Shown in pieces: positions 59,601 to 64,000 of a stretch of DNA of 64,000 bases. Position 1 is the first letter of the stretch; each line of letters begins with the position of its first letter. This DNA comes from Diplonema japonicum (taxonomy: Eukaryota; Protista; Euglenozoa: Diplonemea). The position numbers and the translations under genes are program-made. The DNA lies in NCBI GenBank assembly GCA_964019335.1, contig OZ025690.1, forward strand, positions 62,001 to 126,000. Direction: 5' to 3'. A model generated the notes under the pieces. The model saw nothing but the letters and a program-made list of their open reading frames with translations. It searched no databases and was not told the origin of the DNA.

Positions 59601-62600
59601 GTGCTTCCAAACTGCCTTACTCGAGAGTTCGTGTCGAGTATCTTCTCTTTCATTACGCTCAAGAGCTTCTTGACTTCTGGCAACGATCGATGACGCATTG
59701 CACACTTTACCTCTTCGCCGTTTCGCTCAATGTGCTTCCACACCTTTGGAACAAGCTCATTGCTCAGGATGACATATGTCTTTCCATCGATGACTTCAGA
59801 CACCTCGCCGAACTGCCAGCAATCAGCGTCGGAGTCGCGTACCTTGACCCTGTCGCCGCCTTTGAGCGCAGCGCTGCCCTCGATGCCACCGTCGACGGAC
59901 CACGCGATGGCGTAGTAGGTTTTGTAGAGGGGTAAGAGGTTACTGTTGATGTTAAGGATCATGGTCATGGCTTTCTTAGGCGACGGTGGAAGGCTGACGT
60001 CGAGGAGATTGTGCAGGACGCTCACCGCTTGTTCTCCTAAGAGGTCGTACAGCTTGTCGTCGACAAGGGACACTTCGGGAATGCAGTATTTCTCCCATAA
60101 CTCGTTTCGGTCTTCCTTCACACCACTGTCTGCGCCCATTGGGTGGGCCAGCTTCTGCAACTGACTCATCGCCTTCTCCAACGCAGGAAGCTCGTCGAGT
60201 ACCGGAACCTCCATTTGCAAAGGTGCATCGGGAAGCTCCAACCCCGAAGTGAGCACTACAATAGCGCAGGGGTCCATGGCTACTTCTCCGTGCCGGCTTC
60301 GGAACTCTTGGTTTCCTGACCCGCAAGGCCACGAAGTTCGGTCCCCGTCCTCTCTGTACATTCGAAGCACCCACCTGTCGTTAATCGAAAAGGGCTCCGT
60401 CTCTACCACTAACGTGTGTTTCGCCCACTGGTACCTTGGTGACCTGTTCTGATCACCTCTTCCCTGTATTACGAGTGTCGGTGCTGACACTTCCCACGAC
60501 CCTATCTCGGACCGGTATGAGGCATTCGACTGTCTGCGGAGGGGGTTCGCAGCAAGCTCGATCACCTCTTTGTACAGGTGGGACAACAACACGCCTGCTT
60601 TGGGGTTGATGTTGATCGGGACTGCGTCGCAGCCGATCACGGGAAACACACCGCAGGACACGGCGAACCAGTACGCAGCGGGGTCGTTGGACGCAAAGGT
60701 GGTGGACAGCTCGAGGCTGATATCGCAGCAGCCCAGTATTGGGGCGTTGTACGCCATGGCAACCTCGCCTATGGCCTCTGATATTGTAGAGGACGCCAAG
60801 GGGTCGACGGGTACGCCTCGGTACTGCGAGGTCCCGAAGCACCTGATATCCTCGCCAGACGCCACATCGCGCAAGATATCAGCTGTTGTGAGGGGCAACC
60901 CGTCGGCACCGAAGGGCTGTATTCGAAACATGCCACTGCTGACATCAATGTGTATGTGCGAAGATGTCTCGGTGACAGGGAGTGCCTTGAGTGGTCTGTC
61001 GAGTCGTGCGACGAGCCCGCCAGGGATGCGGATCTCCTCTGCTTTGAAGACTGCGACCCACGTCTTTTTCACGGTGGACGGTCTACACAGCGGGAGGTGG
61101 AATTCCACACCTTGGTGCAACAACAGGCCCATCGAAACGGGTGGGCTCTCCAAATTCTTCCGCACCTTCTTCAAAGCCTTCCCGTACACGTTTGCACCCA
61201 GACCGTCCAGCCCCGTTCCCCAGAAGCTGTCGACGTCATGGTTCCGTATGGGTCGTGTTCCTGTCGCTTTCAGGATTCGGCGTGTTCGGCTTCTTTGCAA
61301 AAAAGCTGACGTGAGGGATTCAATCAACATTTCCTCGTTCACCTTTCTTCCAGTTAGGATGTCGTTCGTGTAGCACAGCGGGAACAGGTCTGAGATAACG
61401 CTGAATTCCCGACCGCGGAAAGTAAAAGGCTCAGGATAGTCTGGGGAGAGCTCGCCCCACTCATCCTCGACGTTCTTGATGTTGATAGTAAAAGCGGGCG
61501 ACGTGCACAAATACACCACATTGTGCTGTGTTTCGGAGACGTATATTTCGTCCTGCTTCGAGAGGCAAATATCGGCGGGCGAGTTCATATCATACTGTAT
61601 AGTGGAACCCGTCCCTACGGCAGACTCCCAGTATTGCACACGGTTGTTACCCGTATCGGCTATGACAAGGGAACTATCACTTGTGGCTGCAACTGCCTCT
61701 GGGAATGATAGCTCATGTGCTAAACAGCCCTTGTTGCCAGACCCAGCAGCAAGTTTCCCACTGTCTGCGCCATACTGCCAGTGAATCACTCTGTGGTTAT
61801 ACGTATCAGCAACGTAGAGAGTACTGTCGTAAGTGACGCAGATCCCCTTCGGGCTGTGTAGCAGGTTAAGATCAGGCCCGGACACGCAGTATTTTGACCC
61901 TGCGACAGTAGCATTAGCATGGGTTGATCCAACTGCCCATCTCTGGACTCGGTGGTTCCCCGTGTCGCAGACGTACACCATCCCGTCGGGGCCGATGCTC
62001 ACGTCGGATGGATACTTCAGGTGTTTCTTGTCATGCCCTGCTCCGTTCCCACCCGCCACTGTGATCGGCTCGACGTCCTTGTCATCGACGTCCCACCGCT
62101 GCACCCGGTGATTGTTCGTGTCGGCGATAAACAGGTATTTCTTCTCCTTCGCCTCTACCAAGCACAGCCCTCCGGGTTTGTTCAGCTGTCTCATTGCGGA
62201 TCCAGACCCATTTCCTCCAGCCACTAGCCACCCTGAGCAGCACCCTGGTATCCATTGCAGGACTCTGTGGTTGTCTGTGTCAGCGATGTACAGGACGCCA
62301 TGCGAATCGCATGCCACGCCACAAGGATAGTTCAGAATGTGCGTGGGGACGGCTTGAATCTCATTCGGGACGCTATGGCGTATGATGGACTGCTCAGCGA
62401 TGTGCCGGATCTGGCCGAGTAGGATGGGGAGGTTGGTGTGCGGGAGGGTGAGGCGGCCGCCGGGGACGAGCTCCGTGGTGCGAGCATTCTTCTTCGTTTT
62501 GGAAGAGACGTAGCGTAATAAGTCGATGCGGGGCGAGCCACCGAGGACTACACGGAGGATGCCGGGGGTGGGCAGCAAACGTCCATTGCACGTGACCTCC

Positions 62601-64000
62601 ATTTCGTTGCCTTGCCGGGCCATCGTGATAACGTCTCCGATGCCAGATCCTACAGGGCGTGTGAAGAACTTCACTGTGTCGAGTTGCCCGTCGGGAGTTT
62701 GAACTGTGAGAGGTGAGCTTTCCGAGTTCCCCGACACTCTGTAGGGGTCCTTCCGCGGCTTGACATGCGAAGGCAGCATGTCCTGCTCCAACCCAGAGTG
62801 TACCTGCCGTGTGATCCTGGAAGTATCGGAAGCAACAGACGCGTCGTCGTCAAAGACCTCGTCCTCATGGTACGATGAGTAGTCACTTGAGTCCAGCACA
62901 CCATGGCTGTACGCTTCACTGCCTTCCTCCACGTGTTCTACTTCTTGGATGTCTTGTGTGATGACTGTGTCCGTGTACACCCACTTCACATTGTCGGCCT
63001 CCATCCACACGACCTCTTTCTCGTGGGGAAACACACCTCCATGAGTGACCTCGGTCAGCATCCACCCTACGCTCTTCCCTATGCCTTTTGGAGGCCCCAC
63101 CATCCACCTCCCACTCATTGTCGTGTATATTCGAGCAGCCTCGCACACCTCGCATGCCCCGCACATGTCACCACACACAGAGTGCCACACCGGGTAGCCG
63201 TTCCTTCGTCCGAGAGGCACGTACCTGCCTTCCACAATACGTAACCGCGGAGGTACGTTTGAGACCAGAAGGTTTGGGGGTTCGACGTTGCAGCCGATTG
63301 ATCGGAAAGGGTAGTCACAAGGAAAGCCTGCCACAGGTAAGGCTTTCCAGTCGTCAGAAATGTCAGGGAACAGCTTTGGGATTGGGGAAGGCAGCAACCG
63401 TGAAAAGAGGTAGATGAGTGGGAAGTGTATTTTGAAGAGTACTCTGTGACTCACTGTCAGTGAAATTTGCTGACTGACCTTAGGAACACGGCAAGTCTTG
63501 GAGCATTGTCGTTGGCGGACCTCCCTCGTGTATGTGATGCTGGTAGGGCCTGCAGGGATCGAGAGCACTGTGACGTCGCCACATTTCAGGGAGACTGCAC
63601 CTACACTGAGCTGCGACGTCAGGTCATCGGTGGGCAGGTTGTGATCAATGGAGTTCTGGAGGCAGAGCCATCGCAGCCTGGCAAAGACGAGGGGGCGAGA
63701 CTTCCATGGGACAGTGCAAGTGCGGCCAGTGGTGCTAATGACGAGCCTCCCCTCCGAGTCGAGGCGCGCTTCGTTGATGCACTGCAGAGACTCGCCGCCG
63801 ATGCGGCACCGTAGCTGATTCCTGAAAATGTCTATCTTCACGAACTGCATGTTCTCGTCGTCGATGAACGACACCTCCTTTATCCTCCCCCCCTCGATAT
63901 CCCCCGTGCAGTGATATACTTCACTTTTCACAGATGCCACTACGAAGGCAGACAGCTCCTTGTCTCCGTCCTTCAGTTTCACAACCAGCTGCTCCTCCTC
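50635..64000 (-). CDS. VPS13: VPS13-family bridge-like lipid transfer protein (5' end beyond window) with NHL, NADAR-like and C2 inserts
   Basis: VAB-type repeats (YTVCNEMCLPL, VRSSVLLRNDCDFPL, PTAKFVNLLPVPI, WAPLWILNQ, KTRIVTFTDQFVACN), FQIDNSM, ATG2_C-like GISGLVVKPYYGGKKRGVVGFGKG...GVVTKP, and RRRHPR. ORFs joined by introns 53356..53393 and 53213..53247. Confidence 0.88.

Overview
Eukaryotic, gene-dense window from a euglenozoan. A paraflagellar-rod (PFR) family gene, kinetoplastid-type CCCH fingers and about 21 genes all on the minus strand point to a polycistronic cluster. The many cis-spliced introns argue against a trypanosomatid and fit a diplonemid-like organism (inference). GC-rich coding blocks are separated by homopolymer-rich (A/T, G/C) spacers. 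Many ORFs in the track are fragments. I rejoined them by hand through 25 very short (31-61 nt) GT-AG introns, mostly GTATG...CAG, often filled with poly(A) rather than a polypyrimidine tract, and strongly biased to the 3' part of genes. Recognisable genes: DnaJ, C2/EF-hand phosphatidylserine decarboxylase, PFR-like, PLOD-type glycosyltransferase, EF-hand/PTC7 phosphatase, PRKRIP1, NodZ-like fucosyltransferase, VOC/glyoxalase, B-box protein, LVIVD-repeat secreted protein, CCCH protein, SMG1 kinase, CH-domain protein, CSN1 and a 5'-truncated giant VPS13. Top candidates for novelty: (1) a single-ORF MFS transporter-FYVE-tyrosine-kinase-type fusion (putative endolysosomal transceptor); (2) the poly(A) micro-intron system with 3' bias; (3) VPS13 carrying NHL propeller and NADAR-like inserts; (4) a 579-bp TIR element carrying a tRNA-like cassette. 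All homology calls come from remembered motifs, not database searches.
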